A stretch of 38,972 nucleotides of DNA, from assembly GCF_001194135.2 (NCBI RefSeq), contig NC_068982.1, positions 32,704,613-32,743,584 on the forward strand. The letters run 5' to 3'. The notes below the pieces were generated by a model that saw only the letters and a list, made by a program, of their open reading frames with translations, made no database searches and was not told the origin of the DNA. The position numbers and the translations under genes were made by a program. This DNA comes from Octopus bimaculoides (taxonomy: Eukaryota). How positions within the stretch are numbered: the first letter of the stretch is position 1; every line of letters begins with the position of its first letter. Positions 21,234-33,205 of this stretch are shown here, one piece after another.

Positions 21234-22185
21234 GATGAAAAGCAAAACAAAACAAGACCGTTTGTTCATGGGTACGTGGTTACATTATGTCACCCACGTT
21301 TCATTAACAATGAAATATTAGTCATATACGAAAATCTTATAAGTCAATTTTATTGTGAAATTATTTTAGTAGTCAAAACAATGACAATATCGAAGTCTAG
21401 TATGAATACCAAAGTTCACTTATGAAATTTTCATAGTCTTTGAAGATTTGACAAAGCAATTGACTGATGAGATTTTCAAAACTGATATTTTTCTATTCGA
21501 ATAAAATGTGTGTATGACATAATTAAATATTTCATGAACAAACTCTCCAGTTTTGATTTGTTTTCTATATGATTCTGTGTCGTGTCCGACTGAAGAGTCC
21601 AACCAAATACAATACTAATTCTCACAGTAACCCTTTGGATGTAAAGGAATACATACAGAATTCTAAATACAGGTTATTTGTCGTGCAATTTAAGTTTGAA
21701 TTTCACCGTCTCAACACATACACACAAAAAAAAAAAACACGAAATACCGAGGCAGTAATATATGGAAAAAAAATCAACTACAAACATACCTTGAAATATA
21801 TTCAAGTATTACATAAGTTCGACTGAATGAAATTGTAAACAAAGATATTAACCTACACTTCATTACTTAGATAAAATAAAAAGATGCGACGAGTTTGCTA
21901 GAATATATTCTAAAATGATTCAAGGATCGAGATTAAATGAAAGCTAAAGAAAAAGTGTGTAATTGTTTAAAAACTCTAGAATGTTGCTGACAACCTGAAC
22001 ACAAGGTCCAAAATGTTTGAAACGTGCAAACACTTTATCGAGCATTTCTTGAAAGACTGGGTTTAATAATCAGCACTAGACGAAATACTCACGGTGAGGT
22101 CTCCAACATTTTGACTCGTTTAATGTATGTGTGTATGAAATAGATGAATTCACAAAAATATGATTCTATGTCAATATAATCAATT

Positions 22186-22320
22186 ATAAGCTTACTTCCC
22201 CATGAATTGGTCTTGGAACCAGTCCCACTGCGTGGTATTTTGAGAAGCGTCTTCTACTATACACCAGGGCCAGCTGAAATCTTGTGATTAGATAGAAACT
22301 GAAAGAAGTTCATTATATAT
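22186..22320 (+). mobile_element. Degenerate family A SINE followed by (GT)n
   Basis: aagcttacttccc..agtcccactgcgtggtattttgagaagcgtcttctactat..gaaactgaaagaag. Confidence 0.7.
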
Positions 22321-22330
22321 ATGTGTGTGT

Positions 22331-22374
<44 letters not shown>

Positions 22375-23355
22375 GCGTGTGTGTGTGTATTTGTGTGTAT
22401 GTTCATCCAAAATGGAAACGAGCACCATTCCTCCATGTGGTCGGCTAGAAAAATTGTTCAGATATTAAGATATATTTCTTAACATGACACCAACGGTAGC
22501 CTTTATACACGAGTAAAAAAGATTTTATCCACCAATGCAGTGCTGCGCACTTATTGTCATCATTCGGCATGTATNNNNNNNNNNNNNNNNNNNNNNNNNN
22601 NNNNNNNNNNNNNNNNNNNNNNNNNNNNNNNNNNNNNNNNNNNNNNNNNNNNNNNNNNNNNNNNNNNNNNNNNNNNNNNNNNNNNNNNNNNNNNNNNNNN
22701 NNNNNNNNNNNNNNNNNNNNNNNNNNNNNNNNNNNNNNNNNNNNNNNNNNNNNNNNNNNNNNNNNNNNNNNNNNNNNNNNNNNNNNNNNNNNNNNNNNNN
22801 NNNNNNNNNNNNNNNNNNNNNNNNNNNNNNNNNNNNNNNNNNNNNNNNNNNNNNNNNNNNNNNNNNNNNNNNNNNNNNNNNNNNNNNNNNNNNNNNNNNN
22901 NNNNNNNNNNNNNNNNNNNNNNNNNNNNNNNNNNNNNNNNNNNNNNNNNNNNNNNNNNNNNNNNNNNNNNNNNNNNNNNNNNNNNNNNNNNNNNNNNNNN
23001 NNNNNNNNNNNNNNNNNNNNNNNNNNNNNNNNNNNNNNNNNNNNNNNNNNNNNNNNNNNNNNNNNNNNNNNNNNNNNNNNNNNNNNNNNNNNNNNNNNNN
23101 NNNNNNNNNNNNNNNNNNNNNNNNNNNNNNNNNNNNNNNNNNNNNNNNNNNNNNNNNNNNNNNNNNNNNNNNNNNNNNNNNNNNNNNNNNNNNNNNNNNN
23201 NNNNNNNNNNNNNNNNNNNNNNNNNNNNNNNNNNNNNNNNNNNATATACGTATGCAAGCATGGAATAGGAATTCCGTGTTCAACAGTTTCTATGACCAAT
23301 TTGAAAATCCGATATAAACAGTTTAATTGGTTCGATGAGAATATCACGACTATCA

Positions 23356-23417
<62 letters not shown>

Positions 23418-23441
23418 ACATGCATGTACACACACACATAT

Positions 23442-23584
23442 TTAAAGAGCCCGAAGGCATAACGCTGTGTCATGTGTATGTAATGAGTGCATGTGCGTAT
23501 ACACACACACACACACGTATATATATACGCACATGCACTCGTATACATACGCCAGACACAGCGTTATGCCCCCGGGCTCTTTAA
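23442..23584. mobile_element. Palindromic MITE with TTAA target duplication (Kolobok/T2-like)
   Basis: TTAA at 23442-45 and 23581-84. Arms agagcccg..ggcataacgctgtgtc..gtatgta..gagtgcatgtgcgtata and its reverse complement, around a central (CA)n(TA)n spacer. Confidence 0.78.
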
Positions 23585-24314
23585 AAGTGGCCATTGTTGG
23601 CGAGAATAATGAGAGCACTACGTCAACCAATTTGATCATTGAATACAATGGATGTTTCCAAAATAAAATTTCATCTTAAATTTCCCCCACACTCCTGTCA
23701 ATTCCCTATTTCTCCCTCTTTCTCCTACTCTCTCTCACCATTTATATTTCTCATTCTTTTCTTTTTCTTTCCCTTCCATTCTTTGTATTGTGTATATACA
23801 ATGTAGAATGGAAAAGGGAAAGATGCAAATAAAGAGGGAGGCGGAGTAGGAAAATATACATAGCAAATCTCTAAGTGTCAGGGAATATAAATGAAAGTAA
23901 GACAGAATTATAAGAGAGAGAGAGGGGGGTGCTGGTGAGAAGAAGAGAGTACTAAGGGGAAAGAAAGACATATACAAAAAGGGAAAAGAAGAGTGAGAAT
24001 GAAAGAGGAAGGAAGAGCAGGGGGAATGGAAAAAAACTCCTGTCGACAGTGTCTAAGCACGACACACGATCTCCAGGTTTTCAAGAGTTACTGTGATACA
24101 ATGTTCAAAAGCAAGCAGAACAATTCTACTTTAATACTTATAAGTAATCGTAGTTTGTAGGGTTGTTGTTTTTGTTGCTACTGTTGTTGACGTATTACGG
24201 TGTCTGGTGGAGATGTCTCAGATAATAGATCAACTCAATTTGACGTCAGTTAATTTGTTATTTTAAAATTACGTCTATGAGCTCAGCTTCTCTAAGACTT
24301 TCATTGTCGCTTAA

Positions 24315-24375
24315 TAAGGTGGCGATTTGGCAGAGTTGTTAGAGCGTCTCTGCTTTCTGAGTTCAAATCCAGCCT
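24315..24375 (+). mobile_element. Family B SINE head fragment
   Basis: ggtggcgatttggcagagttgttagagcg..ctgagttcaaatcc. Confidence 0.6.
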
Positions 24376-24472
24376 ATAAAGAAGAAAAAAAAAAAAAAGA
24401 AAATTAATCCAGTACAGTGGATTAGCAGAAGCCTAAGAACGTCAGACCAGAAGTATTGTAATATTTGTTTTG

Positions 24473-24698
24473 AGTAGGGCGGCGAGGTGGAAGAATTGTT
24501 AACACGCCTCGAAAAAAAAATGCTTAGCGGTATTTCGTCCGTCCCTGCCTTCAGAGCTCAAATACTGCCGAGGTCGACTATGCCTTTCATCTTTTTAAGG
24601 TCGATAAAAATGGTATCAGTTGAATATTGGAGTTGATATAATAGACTTACCCCTCCTACAAAATTGCTGGCCTTGTGACAAAATGTGAAACCAGTATT
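24473..24698 (+). mobile_element. Family B SINE
   Basis: ggcgaggtggaagaattgttaacacgcc..tgcttagcggtatttcgtcc..gaggtcgactatgcctttcatc..gtcgataaaaatggtatcagttg..ggccttgtgacaaaatgtgaaacc. Confidence 0.85.
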
Positions 24699-25211
24699 TG
24701 TTCTGGCTCATTGCGTTCAGAATTCAAATTCTGCCATAACACACTTTGGTGGTAGACTTAATCCGTCGCCCGAGATAACACCACCACCACCTGGCAATAT
24801 GGTTACCTTTAGCGGAGCCGACTTTGTTGTAATCATTTGGTTTAGGTCTCCTGTTTGAGGATAGCCTCCACCTTTCCTACCATCAGTGTCTGAGGCTTTC
24901 AAAAGGACAATGGACATTGCTTCTTACCTGATTAAAAGATTGAAGAAAAACACATGTAGACAAAAGTTTTTTGCAAGGCCTGAATAACCGAATTAGCTTC
25001 TACGCAGTTTACTCGAGCTGCTAGTTGGGCAGTTAAATAACCTTCAGTGACAATAGAATATTAGTTCTGAATAAATTATTTCAGTAAAAAAAAAGACGAG
25101 ATGGTCATAGCTGGAACGTCAACCGAACACTGAACATTGAACACAAATAAATGATTAAAGCCACATTCATAATATAGTTTTCTTCTACACAGTTAAAACG
25201 TACTTCAGCTA

Positions 25212-25433
25212 ATATCGGTTTTCAAATTGTGGCGTAAGGCCAGCAATTGCAGGGGGGGGGGCGGGTAAACCGATGACAGCGACTCTAGTACTCAAACTGG
25301 TACTTATTTTATCGACCCCGGAAGGATGAAAAGCAAAGTCGACGTCAGCAGAATTTGAACTTAGATCGTAAAGATGGGCCAAATGCCGCTAAGCATTTTG
25401 ACTGGCGCGCTAACGTTTCTGCCAGCTTGCCAC
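25212..25433 (-). mobile_element. Family B SINE
   Basis: ctggtacttattttatcgaccccggaaggatgaaaagcaaagtcgac..gctaagcattttg..gcgctaacgtttctgccagcttgcc. Confidence 0.88.
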
Positions 25434-25809
25434 TCAGTCCATCTTATATATTACCTAATAGAGCATCATGTGATTTTCTTCTAAGATTTCAACTACAATC
25501 GTAAATTTTCATTGAGACTTTTCTCTCAAAACTGCACTTATCCGGAACGACCAGCTTGTGGTATTTTTAACATAATCACCAATCTACAGGACCCTAAATT
25601 GAACGCTATCCATATCAATCATTCCCAGTAACACTATCCTACAATATAAATAGACCTTAAAATATTATGGGTGTCACCCTGCTCTTCCAATTAAGTAATA
25701 ACATATTTAGCTACTTTGGGATGGAAAATAATTATAAAACACTAGTAGAGAAATAAAAATGTATGCACACACGCAATTGTGCGTGCGTGTGTGCTTCTAT
25801 GCGTGCATG

Positions 25810-25840
<31 letters not shown>

Positions 25841-27254
25841 GAATACATACATGCATGTATGCATACATACATTTACACACACATACATTTGCAGTTAGCC
25901 AGTCAGACGAAAAAAAATCCATCCAACCTTCAGCAGCGTACGGAACCTCGGTATTATGCCTGCCTAGGTCAAGGTAAGATATTTATGGTGCTAATCGTTG
26001 CGAGGAACAACTAATGTGCCTAATGGAACAAGGTTGATTGCCTGGCATTAATAACTGGAGCACCAATATGGCGTCTGTCATGAAGAACTATTTATGTGGT
26101 ATCATATTCTTATATTTAATCTCATAGTGAAATTAAGCCTTTTGATTACACCACTGGATACTTATTCGATTGCTTGAAATGAAGATCTGTTAGTTTTCTC
26201 CATTCTCACGCCTCACCAAACTTCACTTACCCCTCCCTTCCAAGCTACCAAACGTCAGTAGAGGAAATTAGATAATACTGTACCAGGCACTACTTATATA
26301 ATTCTGCTATACTGAAGCAAAAGTAACCGAAACCTGATGAGCCTAAGATTGGCGAGAATACTAGGTGGGATCCTCTTTCAAAATTTCTGAAATAAAAAGA
26401 ACTGTGGTCCAAGTTCGGTGCCTAACTTAAAAACGAAGTTAAGCAAAATTTGCTTACAAAACGTTGTTTGACTCATGTAAACACAGAGAAATATTACCAA
26501 CACAGATTGTTTAATCAAAATATGAAATGAGCCACTAAATGCAACAGTGTTGTTTGTATAAATATGTATGTATAATTTTGTATGTGTGTAGGTGCATCTG
26601 CGTATGTGTGTGTCCGTGACGTTTTATTTATTAGAATTTTTCCTTGAAGGAATGAACGAACTGGTTTCTAACAAAGAAACAAGATTTCATCGATGGCTTT
26701 CAGATAACAACACTAATATTTGTTACATATTGTACATTAGCAAAGTCTTGCACATTTATAATATTCAATTTACTAATTGTAAATGTGCGTGTTAGCCAGT
26801 CTCTTTCATGCCCGATAATTGTAGCTTTTCACAAAAATGTTGCTTAGATATCTATTGACATAACCAATTGCAACGATAATTTTTAATATAAATGGGATTT
26901 TACAATCGTGGTAGCGGTATTGTATTGAATGGTGTTATAGTAACAACGACATGCCACAGTGGAAGGTTGGGAGGTAGCACCTCGAAATATATTTTGGGAA
27001 ACTACTGATAAGATGCGTTATGTCCTCCTCTTGAGAGCTGAAGGGCTCGTTTTCATATCAGGTATTTCGTAGTTATCTACTGCTACTGAATTGCAAAAGC
27101 GTAAACTTAGAGATATATCGTGATGTAACGGTCACAAGTTCAAGAGAGGTTATACTTCATGTTAATATGAACATCTTTTTCACGCTTACGGGAAACATAT
27201 CCGTGTATAACCATATGATTCGAAATTGTACAAATAAAAGCAAAAAGAAAGTCA

Positions 27255-27400
27255 AAGGACAGGTGAGGGAATAATAAACAAGGTGTATTAGTTTGATGCT
27301 CGGTAAAATGGAAGAGACTTTGACATTTCGAGCCTACGCTCTTCTCCAGAATAGAACGAGAAGAGAAAACTGACGGAGAGAGGGGGGGAATGGATCAACA
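27255..27400 (-). mobile_element. PLE-type terminal repeat fragment with a decayed hammerhead (27318-27354)
   Basis: Minus strand: tatt CTGGAGA a gagc gtag gctc GAAA tgt C aaag. Perfect stem II and GUC triplet, but A6 is changed to G and ACGU to AUGU. Confidence 0.55.
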
Positions 27401-27650
27401 AAGTTGATGTTGAACATGATAAACAGAATCCTAGACGTTACTCAATATGTATTGTCACAATATTTTCATTAATTAGTTAAGTGATAAACATCTTATGTAG
27501 AATGAATGGAGCAAAGTGCACAGTAGCCATATTTCAAATTTATTTTGAAATTAATACTGTCCAGCTATTTGGATGTTAGAAGACTTGTACAATGTCATTT
27601 AGAAAGCTATTTTGCACTCAGTGTTGTGTTATTTGATATTTTACGGGAAT

Positions 27651-27853
27651 ATAAGGCGCTCAGCTGGTAGAACAGTTAGCACGCCGTGTAAAATGCTTTG
27701 CAGCATCTCGTCCTGAGTTCAAATTCCGCTGAGGTCGACTTTGCTTTTCATCTTTTCGGAATCCATAAAATAAATATCAGTTTGAGCACTAGTGTCGCTG
27801 TAGTTGGCTTATCCCCACCCCGAAATTGATGGCTTAGGATCAATATTTGAAAC
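27651..27853 (+). mobile_element. Family B SINE
   Basis: aaggcgctcagctggtagaacagttagcacgccg..ctgagttcaaattccgctgaggtcgactttgcttttcatcttttcgga. Confidence 0.82.
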
Positions 27854-28636
27854 TAATAGTTTTACTGGAATATAAATGTATATTGATATGATTACATAGA
27901 CATATTTATTTAATGAGTATAAATATTCGAATTGGAATGTCTTTGACCATAGATTTGACGTCAGAAAATTAACAACAGCAACAACACTAAAATCTAAATC
28001 TAAATGCCTTTCACTAAAATCCAAATCCTACAGTTAATTCTATTCTCTATTTTGTAATTAAATACCAAAGATTAATGGAGGTTTGTATGTATTTTTACAT
28101 TTTATTACCAACGAATGGAAATCTCGCGCTGTTTATGGCGATGTACTTAAATTCTCACCGTTTCTGTCAATGTGTATGTTAAGAGCATGTTGAGATAAAG
28201 TTTATGTGTTAAATAGGAGTAATGCAATATTGAAGAGTGTTTGGCAAGTGTATACTTTTATATGTGTATGGTTTCGAGATAAATGTGAATCATTACATAT
28301 AGCAGATAATCAGTTTGGATGCAATCCATTCACAGAAACGACTAGAAAAATAAAAGAATATACTGAACACATAGACAGATACATACATGCATATAGATAT
28401 ATACATGCATATATATATATATATATATATATATTGGCCACTCACATTACATAAAGCAGGACTTGTAATTAAAAAGTTAAAGTCACTGAAGCACGGTACA
28501 TATAGCATATATGAGCCATTTCTAGCTGCTACTCAGAAATGAAATATATTAAAATAGTATTTGTTACACGGGTTGATTTTATATGCCTTAAACATACATT
28601 GCATATCTTGCATCCGTGCTGGAAACGGAACTGATG

Positions 28637-28639
28637 TGC

Positions 28640-28718
<79 letters not shown>

Positions 28719-28740
28719 TGTGTGTGTGTATGTGTGCGAG
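28637..28740. repeat. (GT)n microsatellite
   Basis: Direct reading. Confidence 0.95.
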
Positions 28741-28910
28741 CGCGCACACATGTGAGTGAGTGAGAGTATAGATGTGTTTATTTCTGTGTGTGTGTATGCA
28801 TATATATATATATACATATGTATATATATGTATGTTTGTATGAATTTATGCATGTCTATCGATAGATAGATATACATAAATATATAAACATATATATATG
28901 CACACGTCTA

Positions 28911-28951
<41 letters not shown>

Positions 28952-29981
28952 TTTTCATGTCATATTAATTATCTAAATGATATTAGAAAATTTTCCAACG
29001 GAAGAGAAGCATCGGTAAAAGTGACGAAAACTGTATTTAATAAATATGAAAGCAGAGATGAATTCTATTTTTCTGAGCTGATTTTATTCATGTCACCCTA
29101 TCTGCTCTGTTAGAACGTTTAAGCAAATTAGGGAGGCACCTGGGGGAGGTAAAATAGTATGCATTTCAAGTGAGAGAAAGAAACAGTGTGAGATAGTGAG
29201 GAGAAGCTAACACACAGGTATANNNNNNNNNNNNNNNNNNNNNNNNNNNNNNNNNNNNNNNNNNNNNNNNNNNNNNNNNNNNNNNNNNNNNNNNNNNNNN
29301 NNNNNNNNNNNNNNNNNNNNNNNNNNNNNNNNNNNNNNNNNNNNNNNNNNNNNNNNNNNNNNNNNNNNNNNNNNNNNNNNNNNNNNNNNNNNNNNNNNNN
29401 NNNNNNNNNNNNNNNNNNNNNNNNNNNNNNNNNNNNNNNNNNNNNNNNNNNNNNNNNNNNNNNNNNNNNNNNGTTACGAGTTGCTAAGTTTCCTTAAATA
29501 ACTTGAGCATTTCTATTATTGGTAGACTGCAAACAAAAAATACCTTAATATTTCAGTACTTCTAACGTTATTTCCTGACAGACTCAAAATACATTTGAAG
29601 TCTTACTCTACGTTTTCAGATGCGGCAAAATAGCGCCACACAAAGTAAATAGAAGCAGATAGAAAGAATCAGGTATATTTATATGATTTGTAGCTAGGAG
29701 GTTAGCAGCTTTCAAAAGTTGTGAAGAGAAAAAGGATTAGCTACATACATACATGCATACATACATACATACATACATACATACATACATACATACATAC
29801 ATACACCCATGCACGAACGATACAAAGTGCATAATATTTTTTATAGATTTCTATCGATAATATACATATACACATATAAATACATGCGTGTATGTACGTA
29901 CGGGCGCGTGTGTGCGCTCATGGATGGGTATACCTCTGTAAATATGTCTACATGCATATAATGTAAACACAAATGGCGTTC

Positions 29982-30075
29982 AAAATTTCCGACAGCTGTT
30001 TCGGTAGGATTTTACTAATGCATTCACTGAAGATTACATTTTAACATAAGATACACCATCATCAAGTGAAATTTT
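29982..30075 (-). ncRNA. Type I hammerhead-like motif with a long loop II and a C3U variant
   Basis: Minus strand: aaaatttcac TTGATGA t ggtg..(about 47 nt)..tacc GAAA cagctg TC ggaaatttt. Palindromic ACAGCUGU stem III, GUC triplet, stem I of about 9 bp with one bulge. Confidence 0.6.
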
Positions 30076-30286
30076 AAAGAGATTAGACGTCAAACAGGTG
30101 AAATTTCTTATATGAATCTGATCAAATCCGAAGTGAGTTGGAGAATTCATACATCGATTTGTACACATCGATGAAAGAAATCTCATGTTTTAAATCTTAA
30201 CGGTTTAAAATTTTATCTGATGATGGTAAGTTATATGTTATGGTGTAACCTTCTCTGAATGCATTAATAACATTCTACCGAAACAG
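29982..30286. mobile_element. Old fold-back repeat made of two inverted hammerhead-bearing arms
   Basis: ctgtttcggtagga..taatgcattca..accatcatca (29996-30064) against tgatgatggta..tgaatgcatta..ctaccgaaacag (30218-30286). Arms roughly three-quarters identical by eye. Confidence 0.75.
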
Positions 30287-30356
30287 ACTTACTGCAGATG
30301 TTACAAACATTTTCAGGCAGAATTTGAAGTCAAGTCCTGTTTATATGATAAAGTTG

Positions 30357-30530
30357 AGGTGCAGGAGTGGTTGTGTGGCAAAGTATCTTGCTTACCAACC
30401 ACATGTTTCCGGGTTCAGTCACACTGTGTGGCACCTTAGGCACGTGTCTTCTACTATAGCCTCGAACCGATCAAAGCCTTGTGTGTGGATTTGTTTGACG
30501 GAAATTGAAAGAAGCCCGTCGTGTATATAT
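30357..30530 (+). mobile_element. Family A SINE head and body, followed by microsatellite and gap
   Basis: ggtgcaggagtggttgtgtgg..cttaccaaccacatgtttccgggttcagtc..ggcaccttaggcacgtgtcttctactatagcctcg..gaaagaagcccgtcg. Confidence 0.88.
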
Positions 30531-30565
30531 ATGTGCGTGTGTGCGTGTATGTGTATGTGTGTTTA

Positions 30566-30622
<57 letters not shown>

Positions 30623-31443
30623 NNNNNNNNNNNNNNNNNNNNNNNNNNNNNNNNNNNNNNNNNNNNNNNNNNNNNNNNNNNNNNNNNNNNNNNNNNNNNN
30701 NNNNNNNNNNNNNNNNNNNNNNNNNNNNNNNNNNNNNNNNNNNNNNNNNNNNNNNNNNNNNNNNNNNNNNNNNNNNNNNNNNNNNNNNNNNNNNNNNNNN
30801 NNNNNNNNNNNNNNNNNNNNNNNNNNNNNNNNNNNNNNNNNNNNNNNNNNNNNNNNNNNNNNNNNNNNNNNNNNNNNNNNNNNNNNNNNNNNNNNNNNNN
30901 NNNNNNNNNNNNNNNNNNNNNNNNNNNNNNNNNNNNNNNNNNNNNNNNNNNNNNNNNNNNNNNNNNNNNNNNNNNNNNNNNNNNNNNNNNNNNNNNNNNN
31001 NNNNNNNNNNNNNNNNNNNNNNNNNNNNNNNNNNNNNNNNNNNNNNNNNNNNNNNNNNNNNNNNNNNNNNNNNNNNNNNNNNNNNNNNNNNNNNNNNNNN
31101 NNNNNNNNNNNNNNNNNNNNNNNNNNNNNNNNNNNNNNNNNNNNNNNNNNNNNNNNNNNNNNNNNNNNNNNNNNNNNNNNNNNNNNNNNNNNNNNNNNNN
31201 NNNNNNNNNNNNNNNNNNNNNNNNNNNNNNNNNNNNNNNNNNNNNNNNNNNNNNNNNNNNNNNNNNNNNNNNNNNNNNNNNNNNNNNNNNNNNNNNNNNN
31301 NNNNNNNNNNNNNNNNNNNNNNNNNNNNNNNNNNNNNNNNNNNNNNNNNNNNNNNNNNNNNNNNNNNNNNNNNNNNNNNNNNNNNNNNNNNNNNNNNNNN
31401 NNNNNNNNNNNNNNNNNNNNNNNNNNNNNNNNNNNNNNNNNNN

Positions 31444-31481
<38 letters not shown>

Positions 31482-31800
31482 AACTTCTAATTTTTAAGAT
31501 TAATCGTCGACATAACTTGATGTGACTTGATTGTTTTAGGCCGTAATAAAACAGCTTATCTACTTGGTCACGGAAGTAATAAAAATCCTTTTCACCTCCT
31601 AATAATGGTGCTAAATATTTCACCCAAATTCTCATATTGACAATTGCTGCCTTCTCATTTATTCTCTCTTTACTCATCTATCAGAGAGACGGTGATCGAT
31701 ATAAGTTCAAACTGAGCATCAATCACATCGATCTCAAGAATCTAGAAGTATCGGCAAAGATCGTGAGCGTTTTCCTATATTACTCTAATTCATAAAATAT

Positions 31801-31848
31801 GTATGTATGTATGGATGGATGGATGGATGGATGGATGGATGGATGGAT
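31801..31848. repeat. (GTAT)n(GGAT)n microsatellite
   Basis: Direct reading. Confidence 0.9.
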
Positions 31849-33114
31849 ATGTATGTAAGCACGCATGCATGTATGCATTTTGTCACCTACGCAAAAACGT
31901 TGAAAGATCTCAGACTGAATACAGCTTCTAGCAGCTAATCTGATATGCGATCTATAGGATAGGTTATTTTCCAGCTGCTCGAACTCACAAGATACACGAA
32001 AATACACAATCAAGATGCTGTTCAGAATGAGCAGCCAACCGCAACACAAGAATATAAATGCCTCATATGCAACAAAAACATGTAAGTCACTTGCTGACTT
32101 TAAAACTTATTGTAAGTGCCATGGTGAGTGGGAAAAAAAATACAAATAAAATAATTTTCAGCGATGGATATACTCGTGTATCCAATCGACAGTCATCATA
32201 TATTATGCATGTATTTACATATATGCATGCACGCGAGAATATTTACAAATGCATACATTAACATGCGCATATCAATGTAGGAAGAACGCGGATATTAGTT
32301 ACGGATTTCTAATTATCTGAACGGATGCACGAATTCCATTGGATTACTCGGATACCTTTGAAAATTGTTTCTTACCTGATTTATTCAGCACAAGACAACT
32401 AGACTATGTTCACAATACTTTTGAAGTATTCATTTTAATTTTTGTACCTAGTCTCTAAAACTAAGAAAACTCTTGTCAAGGACTTGAAATGATCTTTATA
32501 TATATATATATATATATGTATATAACCGTCCTGTATCTTTCAATTTATACTCATTTTCTACCGTCCTTTAGTTAGGAAGAACAGGTAGTTTTCCCCAGTC
32601 TGGTGAATATGGTGAAAGAGGTTGTGTGGTGGACGAGATGGAAAGGACTGAAAACAGACTTACCTCTTCGGTCAGGTCGTCATGGTTTTATTTTTTGTTT
32701 TTTAAATTCCATTTAAAGAGAATGGTGAAGGTTCAGAAGGATGTGTTGCACCCCAGTAAATTTGGTGAAAGGTGGGTGAATGGTGCAAGGATGGCCCGGA
32801 TAAGTGGGTCTATTCTAAGCTTGTACTGGTAGGCTGAGGAGTAAGGAGGAGAGAGGAGCATTTGCTATAGTAATCTTGATAAGATGCCTCGGTTTCTGTG
32901 GATGCCTCAGTTGCTTAGTTATCCCAGAGTGATGTCCCCATCCACCATTGGGAAATATATTAAAGTTTTTTCTTAGTCGTTATTGTTTCTTTTTAATTAT
33001 TTACTCTTTTCCATGAAAACCCCCAATGCCCTTTTGTGTTTTCATCGTCCCAAATGTTTTGTCGGGCTCTTGTGGCCAACAGAGAGAGAAATTAAACCAG
33101 TTTTCCTACACCGC

Positions 33115-33156
<42 letters not shown>

Positions 33157-33157
33157 C

Positions 33158-33205
<48 letters not shown>
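33115..33205. repeat. (TAG)n trinucleotide microsatellite
   Basis: About 30 units with one cag interruption. It explains the poly-S ORF in the track. Confidence 0.95.

Noticed and set aside
24717-24917. ORF motif KVTILPGGGG resembling IDH3 VTLIPGDGIG
   Set aside because: The similarity is limited to a few residues, and the flanking residues do not match.
25895-25973. Candidate exon ending in the strong donor aag|gtaaga
   Set aside because: The acceptor lies within a microsatellite-like tract and the peptide LASQTKKNPSNLQQRTEPRYYACLGQ is unrecognised. A donor alone is insufficient.
32560-32950. GC-elevated segment, possible LINE fossil
   Set aside because: No convincing endonuclease or RT motif was found by eye.
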